A stretch of DNA of 64,000 nucleotides from Octopus bimaculoides (Eukaryota): positions 89,775,659 through 89,839,658 of the forward strand of contig NC_068981.1 in NCBI RefSeq assembly GCF_001194135.2. Direction: 5' to 3'. Position numbers and translations under genes: made by a program. Positions 24,708 to 37,455 of the stretch are shown here, piece after piece. Within the stretch, counting starts at the first letter, position 1. Every line of letters starts with the position of its first letter. The notes under the pieces are model-generated. The model was not told the DNA's origin and did no database searches. It was given only the letters and a program-made list of their open reading frames with translations.

Positions 24708-25651
24708 TGAATATATATACATATATATATACATATATACATATATACATGTATACATATATATGTACATATATGTATATATGTATATAGGTGTGTGTGT
24801 GTTTATACATATATGTATGACAGCATGCAAATATGTAGGTGTGTGTGTTTGGTGAAAAGATGTTTAATCAATAATACACGTATGTAAACATATACGTCAA
24901 GAGCTGAAAGACATGGCGAAACATAACTGGAAAAAAAAACAGAACAAAAGACATGAAACAAAGCACAAAAATAGTAAAATAGAAATAGTGAAGCAGAGAT
25001 ATATACAGTATGACTAGAAAATATGTATTTATTATAGAAAGGTAATCTACATTGAGCTTCTTTATAAAAGAGAGGAAAGGTAAAAGAATTAAATATGAGA
25101 GTTTCTTTCAATGCAAATATATGAGACAACGAATATAATACGTCTTAGATTGAATGAAAGCATATTAGATCATGTGAAAGAGTGTTGTGAGTTAGGAATT
25201 AGTTTGCTAATATTGAAACATTTTGATCGGTGCTGAGCTGCATGCCACTCCTAGTATTATTGTTGAGGCAGCAAAATCGTTAGAGGGTCGGGCAGAAGAA
25301 ATGATCTTGATTGTAAAATGAGATTTGGTGACGAACTGAGAGTACAAACGTACTTTTTCATTTGCTCTACAGACAGAGAGAGAAAGAGAATGAGAGGAGA
25401 TATGATATAAGTATGTGATGTTCATGCATTTATCAAACGCATCAGCAATATAAATGAAAGGAAATGATGTAAACTATTACGATTAAAATTTAATATCTTT
25501 AAGTTTTTTATTTGTGGTCTTTTGACGTTTTAACCCAATTTGAAGCTTATTCTATTTCTTGGTTTAATCTTTATATTTCCAGTTGTCTGTTCCCAATTTA
25601 ATTCATTTACATTGTATTTTTATATATAATTTTAAATTCTTTTGAAGCTAT

Positions 25652-25729
25652 AAAAGGGGAAGGTATAAAAAGAACAAGTAGTTAAAGTAGAGACTTTAAC
25701 TACTTATTCGTTTTATACCTTCCCCTTTT
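25652..25729. other. Near-perfect 37-bp hairpin with a 4-nt loop
   Basis: aaaaggggaaggtataaaaagaacaagtagttaaagt-agag-actttaactacttattcgttttataccttcccctttt; 2 mismatches. Confidence 0.9.
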
Positions 25730-25860
25730 TTGTTAACATTGAGGACGGCCACTTCTCTGATGGGAAACAACATATTTTTATTTTATTGACCAAACCAAGT
25801 TAACCCTATTCTCGGTCTTCTATACATTGTATATGTGTGTGATCTATCTGTCTTTCTATC

Positions 25861-25919
<59 letters not shown>

Positions 25920-26241
25920 ATATCTGTCTGTCTGTCTGTCTGTCTGCCTATCTATCTATGTATCNNNNNNNNNNNNNNNNNNNNNNNNNNNNNNNNNNNN
26001 NNNNNNNNNNNNNNNNNNNNNNNNNNNNNNNNNNNNNNNNNNNNNNNNNNNNNNNNNNNNNNNNNNNNNNNNNNNNNNNNNNNNNNNNNNNNNNNNNNNN
26101 NNNNNNNNNNNNNNNNNNNNNNNNNNNNNNNNNNNNNNNNNNNNNNNNNNNNNNNNNNNNNNNNNNNNNNNNNNNNNNNNNNNNNNNNNNNNNNNNNNNN
26201 NNNNNNNNNNNNNNNNNNNNNNNNNNNNNNNNNNNNNNNNN

Positions 26242-26298
<57 letters not shown>

Positions 26299-26819
26299 TA
26301 GATAGATAGATAGATATACATACACATCTATAGTCTGTAGTCGCGAATATAACCATGATATTCTGGTGATCTGTTGAGTTAGCTTTCTTTATTTGAATTG
26401 ATTTGTTAATATGCAATTGTATTGTATAATGCATATTAATGCAAACATGTAAACTATTTATGACATAGAAATATGAAGAAGGCTACGAAACAGCCGTAAT
26501 CCTAAGGATGTCAAGTGGTTAAGTAAATACATGCACTTCTCATACCTTCTGACTTTTATGGTTTAGATACTCCACATGAAATAATTTAATCAATCATACC
26601 TACTAGATTTCAGGTGCATGGGCACTCTGCATTACACTTCTCTGTATTGGAATACTATGTGTTCTGTAAGCCGAGTCCGTTAGAGTAGCTTTCTGTGATA
26701 GCCACACGATTCTCTGAATCCATATCTTATACTAAAAAATTATATTACGTAATATATGTAGTATATATATACAATAATTAAACCATATATCATGCGCTTT
26801 ATTGTGTATTGCTAAGCGC

Positions 26820-26893
26820 ATGATCTCCCGGTCCGTGAAAAAATAGTCTCTTATGAAACCGGTGCATGGTACAAATAAAGTTGGGGAACACTG
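26820..26893. mobile_element. hAT/Charlie-type transposon terminus
   Basis: cccggtccgtgaaaaaatagtctcttatgaaaccggtgcatggtacaaataaagttggggaacactg; the terminal ggttgggga.cactg is the Charlie-group TIR motif. Partner end not seen. Confidence 0.65.
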
Positions 26894-27939
26894 GCTTAAA
26901 GTGAATACGCATCACAAGTAGAATGTTATTATTGACGCTCTTACCAAAAATTCTCCGTGTTTTTAATGCTAATTTAGCCTATGGATTGTACAGCTGTATC
27001 AGGAGGAATTTTAAACTTCAATGTAGCTTAATTTTTGACAAACGCTATATGACAATAGAAAAGTTATTTAACGTTTTGGACATGGCTTTTTATTCCCAGA
27101 CGCTTTACAATTACCTTAATTTATTTGACACAGATCTCTTGGTATGAAGGATAATATCGGTCATTAGATGCACGCTAGTATCACTTTTGTAAGGAAAATT
27201 CATTGATAAATGCTTGCTGGACAGATGTACTTCATGTTGACTGTTAATAAAAAAAACACTTGATAACATCTGCTAATGAAAATCAATAACTTTTACGAAA
27301 ATTACAGACATAGCTTATAAGATTATTTGTACAGTTAATGATTTCTTACGCTGACACCAAGTCAGAAATTTTAGGAACGGTGATAATGAATTCCTCCGGC
27401 CCCAGTGTACTCCTGGTACATAGTTTATATCCGTGAAGGAGGATCGACTGTGGTTGAAATTCGATTACAGCAGATTATAATTGGAAGTGTTGAAAAGTAA
27501 TTTTATAATCTGGTTGTGTACGGCTTCGACTATTCCACTATCTTCTATAAAGTGTCAGCTTAACGTGACAAAACCAAATTATGCTACATCTGGGCAATAG
27601 GTAAGGATAATTATATCCATTGAGTTTTGTCAGTGTAGTATTGTGATAAATATACATTCTACTCTCAACAATATATTCCTTCGAGATCTAAATATCACAC
27701 AAAAGTATGGCTTCTTATTTAGGCAGCGATAACAGTGATTTGATGTAGGACAGAAGACAAATGAACACAAGGACAACATCTCACGTAAAACTGATGCTTT
27801 TTCCTAGGGAACAGAAATCTCTCTAGCAATCACTTCAGCTTTAAAAGAAGGGCTATGATAAATTACAGTATTCCTCGCGTACTGCGCCAAACATAGCAGA
27901 AGGCATTTTTATTTTTAAAAAACCTATTCTAGTACAGCT

Positions 27940-28240
27940 GTCACTCACATGCAACTATAATCTGGTAACTTGTTCCACGCATTGGCTGATAGGTATTATA
28001 AAGTGACAAGCAGACATAAGCATCTCTTTCGTCCCCTATCCTTCGAGGATGTGACATCTTCAGGGGAGAAGGGAGGAAGTTACACAGACATTTTGGTTGG
28101 TACTTATATATAGTTGTATATACTGGAGCAAAGTAAAATGGATTGTCTTGCTCAAGGTGACAATACACCACCGAGTCCAAGAATCGAAACCATGACGTTA
28201 TGACCATGAGACTGATATCCAAGCCACTAAGGCATGGGCC
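27940..28240 (-). mobile_element. tRNA-derived SINE (family D-like), decayed
   Basis: Reverse complement: ggcccatgccttagtgg...ggtttcgattc...ccttgagcaagaca. Confidence 0.6.
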
Positions 28241-29091
28241 TTCAGAGTACCTTCTCAAACCAGGTTCAAATAAACACACAGTCAACTACACATACACCCA
28301 ACGCATAAATACTCCAGTTATTCTTCAGCCGAACGCTGTGAAAGCGGAATCACATGCCTAATATGAAAGAATGAAATGGCGATGATGTACTGAACATTCA
28401 TATCTTTAGACAATAAGTAGGTGCATATGGTAATATGGAAATAAAATAAAGTGATACCTAAAAGACATTTGTCTGTGTATAACATTACTAATGTCCATAA
28501 TTTGTGAGCATTCTTTGAAATTATTTCCTATATAGACTAATTAACTTTTCAATTTTATTTTGTTGTTTATTGAAGGAGTGGGAGATGCATTTAATCACTT
28601 TTTTAAAAACGAATATTCGTTTTATCATCACTTACGTACAGAAATATATTTTATTTTTGTTTTCATACTGTTTTCGTAAACAAACATTTATGTAGACAAT
28701 TTAGATAAGTAGACAGTTAAAATATGAATTACTGTGTTTGAACTAGCATGAAATGAAATTACTTTGAATGTATTAAATAAAATACAGATTTCTTTTGATT
28801 TGGCACAAGGACAATTTTTTCCGAAAGAAAATTGAATCGCCTTCTGTATTTTACCAACACTTAATATATCGACCCTGAATAGATGAAAGTAAAGCAGGTA
28901 TTGAACTCAGTCGATGTTGAGCGCAGTTCCAATTGATTTATGCAAAATCTATTAAATGAATTATTGGTTTCCCACACTGAATTCTTAGGAGAGAAGCATG
29001 AGCGAATAAATCTCTCCCTTGACAAGTATTTTTTTTTCCGAATAAATGAAAGGCAATTTTGATCCTGGATAGAACAGATCTTAAAAGAGAA

Positions 29092-29512
29092 GCATGGCTG
29101 TGTATAAGCGCAGATATGGTTGCGTGAATTAAGAACTTCGGTTTGCAGCCCCGTAGTTTCAATCACAATGCGCAGTGCTTTGGAAAAGTGTCTTCTACTA
29201 TAGCATTAGGCCGACCAATGCCGCGTGAGTGTATTTGATAGACTATGTATTTGGAGACTGTGTGGAGACCTGTCGCGTGTATGTGTGTGTGTTTGCGAGC
29301 TTGCGTGCGCGTGTCTTTGTGTTTGTCCCATACACTTTGACAACCTGTGTCAGTTTGTTAATGTATTCGTAAATTAGCTGTTCAGAAAAATAACCCGATA
29401 GAATAAGTACCAGACCTAAATAAAAGAACTAGTACTGAGGACAATTAGTTTTGACTAAACCATTCAAGGCGATTCCTCAGCGTGGCTAGAGTGCAATAAC
29501 TCAAACAAGAGG
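29092..29512 (+). mobile_element. SINE family A, decayed
   Basis: aagtgtcttctactatagc...ggccgaccaatgcc...gatagaataagtacc; homologous to 31488-31933. Confidence 0.8.
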
Positions 29513-31211
29513 ACAAATAAATATTAACTGCTATTTAGTTCAATGCTACAATTTATGTCACCTCACTAATATTATAAAAAGCAAATAAAATACTGAAAAC
29601 TTTAGCATCAAAATCATATTGTATTCTAACTTCAATAAGTTGCCTTTGGATTTAAATAGAAAATCTTTGTATCATAGTTGTTATCGGAAAATACTATCCT
29701 AAAATTATTATTAAGTATTTTGGCAACAGGATTACTATTATCGCTAGTTACTAGCTTCAGTGAAGACAGAGAGAAAGAGAGGAATTACTATTGTTGCTTT
29801 AGTGATATTATCTGTGAACATGGTTTTTATCTCTTACATTTTAAAATATTTTGTTTAATCAAACAATAAAGCGTGAAGGCTTGTCAGTTTTCTGATACTG
29901 TTCCTAATATTAAGCCACACAAAATCCAGAATCGAAGGAGATTAACGATGGTCTGCTTTGAGTCAATAGATTTCGAGGAAGAGTTCTATAAATTCAGTTT
30001 GCATTGAGGAGTGAAGAATCAAACGTTTGGTCAGTTGATCTTCATTTAATAGTGAGAAAGCGAAAGAAAATAACGTTACCACTTGAGTTGGGCAATTTGA
30101 AATTAAGTTAAGGTAATTATCTCAGCTTACTTTAGTGAAATATTATTCATCTAGTAACATTATGCTTGTATGGCTTTCTGTTGCCTTCTATAAGCTGGCA
30201 GTACAGTTTAAGTTCAGCAGATGATTTTGTATTTATTTATTTAGTGCCTGGCTCCTTTTAGATAGAATTTTTTTAGAAGTACAAAGATTTAGATTTAGAA
30301 AAAATAAGTGGTGTAAAAGTAAGTTGTAGTGACCATGACTTGTACAGCAACATAAGGGATGAAAAAATGAAAATAAATGAATCTGCAGACATGAATTGAA
30401 ACTTTGACATTGTTTTACTCGCACTGAGTATTCGCAAATACTTACTGAACAATGTACACCATCAGACCATATAAGGTTTAATTTGCTTTTACTCTGAAGA
30501 CCTGGTTTCCTTTAAGAATATTAATTATAACTTTTATCTCCAAATAAACATATTAAATAATTTGTTAATCCGTACAAATTCAAATGAAGCAGATTAATTT
30601 CCTTGCATTAACAACCGAATTATAAGCTAATGACTTTTGAATTTCTCATNNNNNNNNNNCTATGAGAAATAATAAGAATTCTAATTTGAAGACATGACAT
30701 CCTGATTGTTTTTATGGCACTTCATTTACCGATAAAGCATTAATTATCACCGTCTCTTTTAAATAAAATGGTATTTAAACATGATGAATAGGTTCTTCTC
30801 GTCATTTTTTATATGCTGGAGATTGTTTAATTAATATTTCTTTAAGGTTCTGAATTCAGGCTTTTTTCGTGTCACCTTCAAAATGTAACGAGAAAATTAA
30901 TCGATTTTGTAATTGGTTTCATGTCCTAGTTCTAAATACGATCTTAGGCGCTCTGTTTCTGTTAGGCATTGAGTGGTGTCATCAAGAATTTATTAATGGC
31001 TAGGAACCTACGATTAATGACACAAAATTTACGTGTAACAGTGGTTTGTGACGTCTCAACAACACATTATGAGATATAAGATACTTTGAATCAGAAAATT
31101 CAACTGATTCTGTTGCATTTATTTTTTTTAATTTTGTCATATTTTTCTCTGTGTTATGACAAACAGGTATTCTGGTATTCCTGTCATTATTACACATTCT
31201 ATATATTTTTA

Positions 31212-31975
31212 CAGCGTGGAAGGTGTTTATAAGCCATTTAAAAACACACAAAAACCGTTAGATTCACTTCAACATTTAAATTTAATTTGCCAAAATATTT
31301 TCGTTGCCTTGAGACCGCGACCTGTTCACAATTTCGTGCCCCATCACAATGAACAGGTCACGGTCTCAAAGCGACAAAAATATTTTGGCAAATTAAATTT
31401 AAATGTTGAAGTGAATCTAACGGTTTCTGTGTGTTTTTAAATGGCTTATAAACACCTTCCATGCTGCAATTGTTTTTGTTTCAGCATAGGCGTAGGAGTG
31501 GCTGTGTGGTAAGTAGCTAGCTTACCAACCACATGGTTCCGGGTTCAGTCCCACTGCGTGGCATCTTAGGCAAGTGTCTTCTACTATACCCTCGGGCCGA
31601 CCAAAGTCTTGTGAGTTGATTTGGTAGACAGAAACTGAAAGAAGCCTGTCGTATATATGTATATGTATATGTGTGTGTATATATGTGTGCATATGTTTCT
31701 GTGCCTGTGTTTGTCCCCCCAACATCGCTTGACAACCGATGCTGGTGTGTTTATGTCCCCGTAACTTAGCGGTTCGGCAAAAGCGACCGATAGAATAAGT
31801 ACTAGGNNNNNNNNNNGAATAAGTACTAGGCTTCCAAAGAATAAGTCCTGGGGTCGATTTGCTCGACTAAAGGCGGTGCTTCAGCATGGCCACAGTCAAA
31901 AAGGCTGAAACAAGTAAAAGAGTAAAAGAGAGATACGATCTCAGATCAGGTCATTTGCTATGCAAGTACATCTCC
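31212..31975. mobile_element. Long-TIR MITE interrupted by a SINE
   Basis: Arms 31212-31329 and 31350-31467 are about 118-bp inverted repeats. The right arm resumes at 31934 (tacgatctcagatcaggtc...acatctcc) exactly as in the uninterrupted copy at 13790-13838. Confidence 0.9.
31488..31933 (+). mobile_element. SINE family A (OR-like), best-preserved copy
   Basis: ggcgtaggagtggctgtgtggtaag (A-box), ccgggttcagtccc (B-box), ggcaagtgtcttctactata core, taaaaga tail; short ATA duplication at the flanks. Confidence 0.9.
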
Positions 31976-32190
31976 ATAATATATATTTCTAATTTTTTGT
32001 ATATTCTACCATCCTATTATTATGCATCTTTTTTACAAAAGAATAGTCATTTCACCGCACAAAATGCCAAGCAGCATTTCTTCCGGCTCTTTACGTTCTG
32101 AGTTACAATATCGGCGAAGTCTACTTTGTCTTTTCTCCTTTTAAGGCCGCTAAAATAAATTAAAAGCCAATACTTGCTGCCTCCCATCAA

Positions 32191-32397
32191 AGGGGAGCTG
32201 GCAGAACAGTTAGCACGACGGGCAAAATGCTCAACAACATTTAGTCTGTCTTCACGTTCTGAGATCAAATTCCGCCGAGATCGACTTTGCGTTTCAGGGT
32301 CGATGAAATAAGTACCATTTGAGCACTGGGATCGATGTAATCGACTTACCTCGTTTCTAAAGCTGCTACCCTTGTGCCAAAATTAGAAATCATTATT
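32191..32397 (+). mobile_element. SINE family C
   Basis: ggggagctggcagaacagttagcac...gttctgagatcaaattccgccgagatcgactttg...aagtacc. Confidence 0.85.
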
Positions 32398-32859
32398 ATA
32401 CATGTTTTATGTGTTATAACTTGTATGACAAGTATAAAACATGGTTATTCCTGACGTTGTTACAAATTGCACATTATTTTTGTTTTTTATTTTATATGCA
32501 TTACAGGTTTTGTTCTTGTTTAACTTCAAGGCATCCCTGATGGTAAAGGTCTACAATCAAATGTGCTGTGTCCTGACCATAATGTCTCGTTTTTCAAATG
32601 TATATTTAACGGGACTTTACTTTTTTTTTCTTTAGAGAGTTTTAACTGACAGATATTTGGCTGCTATTTCTAGCCTGTCATGCGACCGTGAAATGGCTTC
32701 TCTATTGGTGCTATTGTTTCAGCTTCACTTGAAATTCATTTAAATGGTAACCGTATAAGCATGTATTATATTAAATTGAATCTAGTGTGAAGACGGAATT
32801 GTTTCACGACTTTGATGTCTGCAAGTCCACGTAATGCCTTTGTCCAACATCACGGAGCC

Positions 32860-33072
32860 AATAAGAGAGAGATTCTTTCCCTGGCTACTTGGCATGCTAG
32901 AAGGAAGTTGCAGCCAAATTTTCCTCTTAAAAAAAGAACGTATTTTATAATTTAGAACTGGATAAACTGTTTCTAAAAGCCAAATGGGGTTTGTCCTAGT
33001 TGGATCGTACTCGATTACAAGACTACTCTTTCACTGCCAGATGACCAGGGAATAAACACAACAGCAGCAGCT
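32860..33072 (+). mobile_element. Retroposon family E, decayed
   Basis: gcatgctagaaggaagttgcagccaaattttcc...gatgaccagggaataaacacaacagcagcagc. Confidence 0.5.
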
Positions 33073-33782
33073 TTACGTTATCTATATGATAACTAATAAA
33101 GTTTATATGTTGTAACATGGTAACAGATAAAACGGTTTTCATAAGCAGGGTTTAATGGTGAAGTGGGTAATTCCTTGTTTAAAGTTTTTCTAGCTATCAG
33201 CTCCCTTCAGACAAACTATAAAAATAACATTACGATTATGCTATAACCGCTTAGGTATCAATATGGATCATGTCAAATAAAAATAAATAAATACATAAAT
33301 AATTGGAACCAATTACGAAAGCTTTTGATATATTATTCAGCAAAAGAGTTCTCGCAACTGATGTGCCAAGAAATATCTTCTACATTAATAAGCAATCTTC
33401 GCATTCGTTTGTGTCAGAACTTACGACAAAATCCCTGTTAACAGGGAAAACAAATGTGTTATACAACTAAACATAAAATGAGAATCAAGAAAAGTAACAA
33501 AGTTAATAATCTTCGGAGAAACGCCTTTCCAAACGAAAAGAGTATTACCCATAAACATTTGTACTCATGAAAGACTTTCATTCATAAAATACGACTCAAA
33601 CACAATGAAAAACTAGTGTAATGGAGCAAACTGCTGAATGTATTGTGTTTGTTGGATTATTCGCTAATATCAGAGTCTTGCGTTGGATGGAGCTACACTT
33701 TTGGACATTTGTACATTTTGTTGAGGCTTGTGCTTGATAAGTGATAGATGTCGGTAAGAAAATTTTGTTGATCTCATTTGGG

Positions 33783-33822
33783 ATGATACCATGGTTATGC
33801 GGTATCATAACCATGGTATCAT
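33783..33822. other. Perfect 17-bp hairpin
   Basis: atgataccatggttatg-cggtat-cataaccatggtatcat. Confidence 0.95.
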
Positions 33823-33860
33823 TTTAAAACATAAAATGGTATTATTTTAAAACATAAATA

Positions 33861-34072
33861 TTATTTTTAAATATAAATCCCTATTCTGCACCAGTGCAGA
33901 GTAGAGATTTATGTTTAAAAATAAACGAGTATAGAGTAGGGATTTATGTTTTAAAATAAACGAGTACAGAGTAGGGATTTATGTTTTAAAATAAACGAGT
34001 ACAGAGTAGGGATTTATGTTTTAAAATAAACGAGTACAGAGTAGGGATTTATGTTTTAAAATAAACGAGTAC
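33861..34072. repeat. 30-bp inverted repeat whose right arm seeds a 35-bp x5 tandem array
   Basis: 33861-33890 is the inverse of 33895-33924 (3 mismatches). Unit agagtagggatttatgttttaaaataaacgagtac at 33898, 33933, 33968, 34003 and 34038; units 2-5 are identical. Confidence 0.95.
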
Positions 34073-35822
34073 AGTTACTTCATTTTAAACTGCAATATGT
34101 TGGTTTGGAGAAGGAAGTGTAATGTGTAGAATTTTTATATGTGTTTAGGAGCAAGCTCGGAAATATTGGTCAAAATGTTCAATATGATGACGTTCAAAAT
34201 GCAATAATGTAAAGTACATTAGATGATGACGGGAGGGAAGAGTATGATGATGTTCAAGAAGTGTGAACGGTTGCTAGCTAAGAATTTGAAAGTAGCACTG
34301 ACTGATGGAGAGGAAACAGAGTAAGGCCAACCAGTGAAGTAGAGATTATTGATGGTTAAGGACGTGCAATTCAGTACTTGTTTGACCTACTATTTTTTCA
34401 TGAATATGAATTAATATTTTAACTGTTCAAGCAGTTCTTGTTTTCTTTTTGCCAGATATAGACTATAAAACTTCATAAAATGTTGTGCCTCAGTATAGTA
34501 CCAGTCTAAGACGGTTAATGCTCAATTTTTATTTATTTATTTTACCGAAAAAGAATTCATTTAAAGTTTCTTTAGTTACATTGAGAAGCAGCTCTTTCTA
34601 ATAGCAAAAATACAAGAAGCAGCTTTATAAGTTCAACTTTATGTTGTGTCTTTTATTTTTGAGAAGTCTTTGGTGGTATCTCAAGATATCAATTGTTTAT
34701 CCGTAGAGTGGTTTGAAGAGATATAATTTCCGAGATAAAATGCTTCTATTTTGATTTTTAAGTATTGCTACGATATCCTGTTGAAAATGTTGATTAACTC
34801 CTTAGTTAGCGCAGCCTTAAGCTTTCGAGGTTATAAGTGTATAACGTGTTACAAGTAGAAGAGAAAGTGAATGGAAAATGGCGTGCCATCGGACGAAGTA
34901 TATATGAGTAGGATTAATAGAGTAGATAATATCAATAACGTAGAGAGATGATATGAAATATCCTCGAGGATTGACTGGGGTTTACAATATGTGGTGAAAA
35001 TCATTGTCCATCGACGTGTACAACGTATTCAGAAGATAACAATTTAAGTAATTAGATTGGAATGCTATTCGTAGACAATTTACTTAGCATGTTTTCATGT
35101 AAAAAATTGATTGTAACTTTTCATGTCTAGTGTAATAGACTCGCTTTCATTAAAGATTTTAGTGCAAGAGGTCATGGACATGTACGTAAGATATTTGTTT
35201 AAATCAGTCATTGCAACATACAATTATTTATATGCTGTTTTCCTTATATAAAAGAAAGTGTTTTGCCTGACTTGTATATTGGAATCTGTTAATTCTTTCA
35301 TCTCTAATTCTTTATATCAAACATTTATAAAGAATGACTAATGACGCCTACAAAGATATTCTATTCCTTATTTGAAAGTAAAAATAAATTTCTGGCACTG
35401 TTCAAATTACTTCAGACGAACAACGACTAACATGAAGGCAGTATCTGATTACATCTTTAAGATCAAACTTGCATTGAGGCAAAACCTAATATTCAATTTA
35501 CAATTGAAATTCTAAATATAAGTTCATCATAATGAAATTTGGACTGGTTGTTTATAAACTTCGTTATAACCGCTATTTGGGAAATTTTTCTGAGTAAAAA
35601 ATATGCCTGATATATTTATCTAACAAAGCATTCTATAATATCATTACAGAATATAAATGACCATCAAAAACGTAAACAAATAAATAAACTCGGTCAATTA
35701 CCTGAACAGAAGAAATTGATCAATGTTGAAATTATTCCAACATTTTGCCGCAACTTTAGATGTTCTGAATCTTTCCGGTTTAAATCTTATTAAATTTCAA
35801 ATTTGCTTTTATAAGTGCAATA

Positions 35823-36112
<290 letters not shown>

Positions 36113-36344
36113 TTACGCAAACGCACATACACACACGTAATAGATAAACGGCTATAGAATAATTTACAACTTCTGCTAAATATATGCGTTAAATTGATTA
36201 TAATTGTAAACCCAATGCTGGTTGTAATCATTTATGTTTATATTCGAGTAAATTGGTACTTAAATAGCTTGAAAGATAACTTTTATAAAAGATGAAAGAG
36301 TAAATTATACGAAAAGAACATCACCCAGAAAATAACCAAATTTC

Positions 36345-36560
36345 TTCAAATGATCGTAGGAGCCTCTCGTGATAGCTCGAAATACTACAAATAACCAAAT
36401 TTATTTCAAATAATACCTATCGTCTTAATAAAAAACACTTGAAAAATATGTTTTAAAAATAAAGTCGCGGATAATCAATAACAATTTACATGGTTACTAT
36501 TGGAGCTGCTTTGATCACAGGTCTGCTCGGTCGTGGTTGACCTGGGGCTAAATATCAATA
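36345..36560 (+). mobile_element. Retroposon family E
   Basis: ...gctgctttgatcacaggtctgctcggtcgtggttgacctggggctaaa. Confidence 0.6.
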
Positions 36561-36572
36561 AATTTCCTTGTA

Positions 36573-36790
36573 TAATAATCCTTTCTACTATCGGCACAAG
36601 GCCTGGAATTTTGTGAGGAGAGAAATGATCGATCACATTGACCCCAGTACTTGACTGGTATTTAATTTATCGATCCCGAAATGATGAAAGGCAAAGTCGA
36701 CCTCGGCGGAATTTAAACTCAGAACATAGCAACAGACGAAATACAGCTAAGCATTTCGACCGGCGTGCTAACGATTCTAACCAGCTCACC
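36573..36790 (-). mobile_element. SINE family C
   Basis: cctttctactatcggcacaaggcc...gaaaggcaaagtcgacctcggcggaattt...gcgtgctaacgattctaaccagctc. Confidence 0.9.
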
Positions 36791-36829
36791 GAAATATATC
36801 TTTAGACCAGGCACAAGGCATTGCTGAAG

Positions 36830-37010
36830 TTGTTATTGTTCCTTAGGGCAAGATCATCCTAGATGAAAAACATTCCAGCCGTAATCATCCCGCCATTTTA
36901 AGAGTCCTTAGGATTATGTTATCTAAGCTGGCAGGGCATTATTTGAAGGTGACTTGGGTGCTATTTCTAGCAAGTAAACTGACTACGTAAAAGTTCACTC
37001 GCTAGCTCGA
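36830..37010 (-). mobile_element. Retroposon family E
   Basis: aaacattccagccgtaatcatccc...ttgggtgctatttctagc. Confidence 0.6.
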
Positions 37011-37226
37011 AGAAATTTTAGTCACATCCCTTTACGATTTGAATTTAAATTTCGACAACTTTGTCTCCACTCCTTCTTAGGTGACTATTAATTTGAAATC
37101 CCACCGAGGTCGGCTTTGCGTTTCATCTTTACGGATACGTTGGAATGCAGTACCAGTCAAATATTGGAATTGACGTAAAAGATTAGTCTACAGCCTTCAA
37201 TATTACTGGCCTTTACCCAAGTCAGA

Positions 37227-37455
37227 AATAAGCCTTTCTACTATAGGCACAAGGCCTGAAATTTTTTTGGGGGTGGGAGGAGGGACTAAGTCGATTACAT
37301 CGACCTCAGTACTCAACTGGTACTTAATTTATTGACCCCGAAAGGAGCAAAGGCAAAGTCGGCCTCGGCGGAATTTGAACTTAGAACGTGGCGACGAGCG
37401 AAATGCTGCTAAACATTTCGTCCAGTGTACTATCGATTCTGCCAGCTCGCCGCCT
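37227..37455 (-). mobile_element. SINE family C, full length
   Basis: Ends gattctgccagctcgccgcctt (inverse A-box); gaatttgaact (inverse B-box). Confidence 0.9.

Noticed and set aside
30277-30399. 40-codon open segment after tttttttag as a terminal exon
   Set aside because: No upstream partner exon or homology; such lengths are expected by chance.
31793-31830. 14-bp duplication inside the SINE
   Set aside because: Flanks a 10-N gap; assembly artefact.
33898-34072. 35-bp repeats as a CRISPR array
   Set aside because: Units are directly adjacent with no spacers, there are no cas genes, and the context is eukaryotic.
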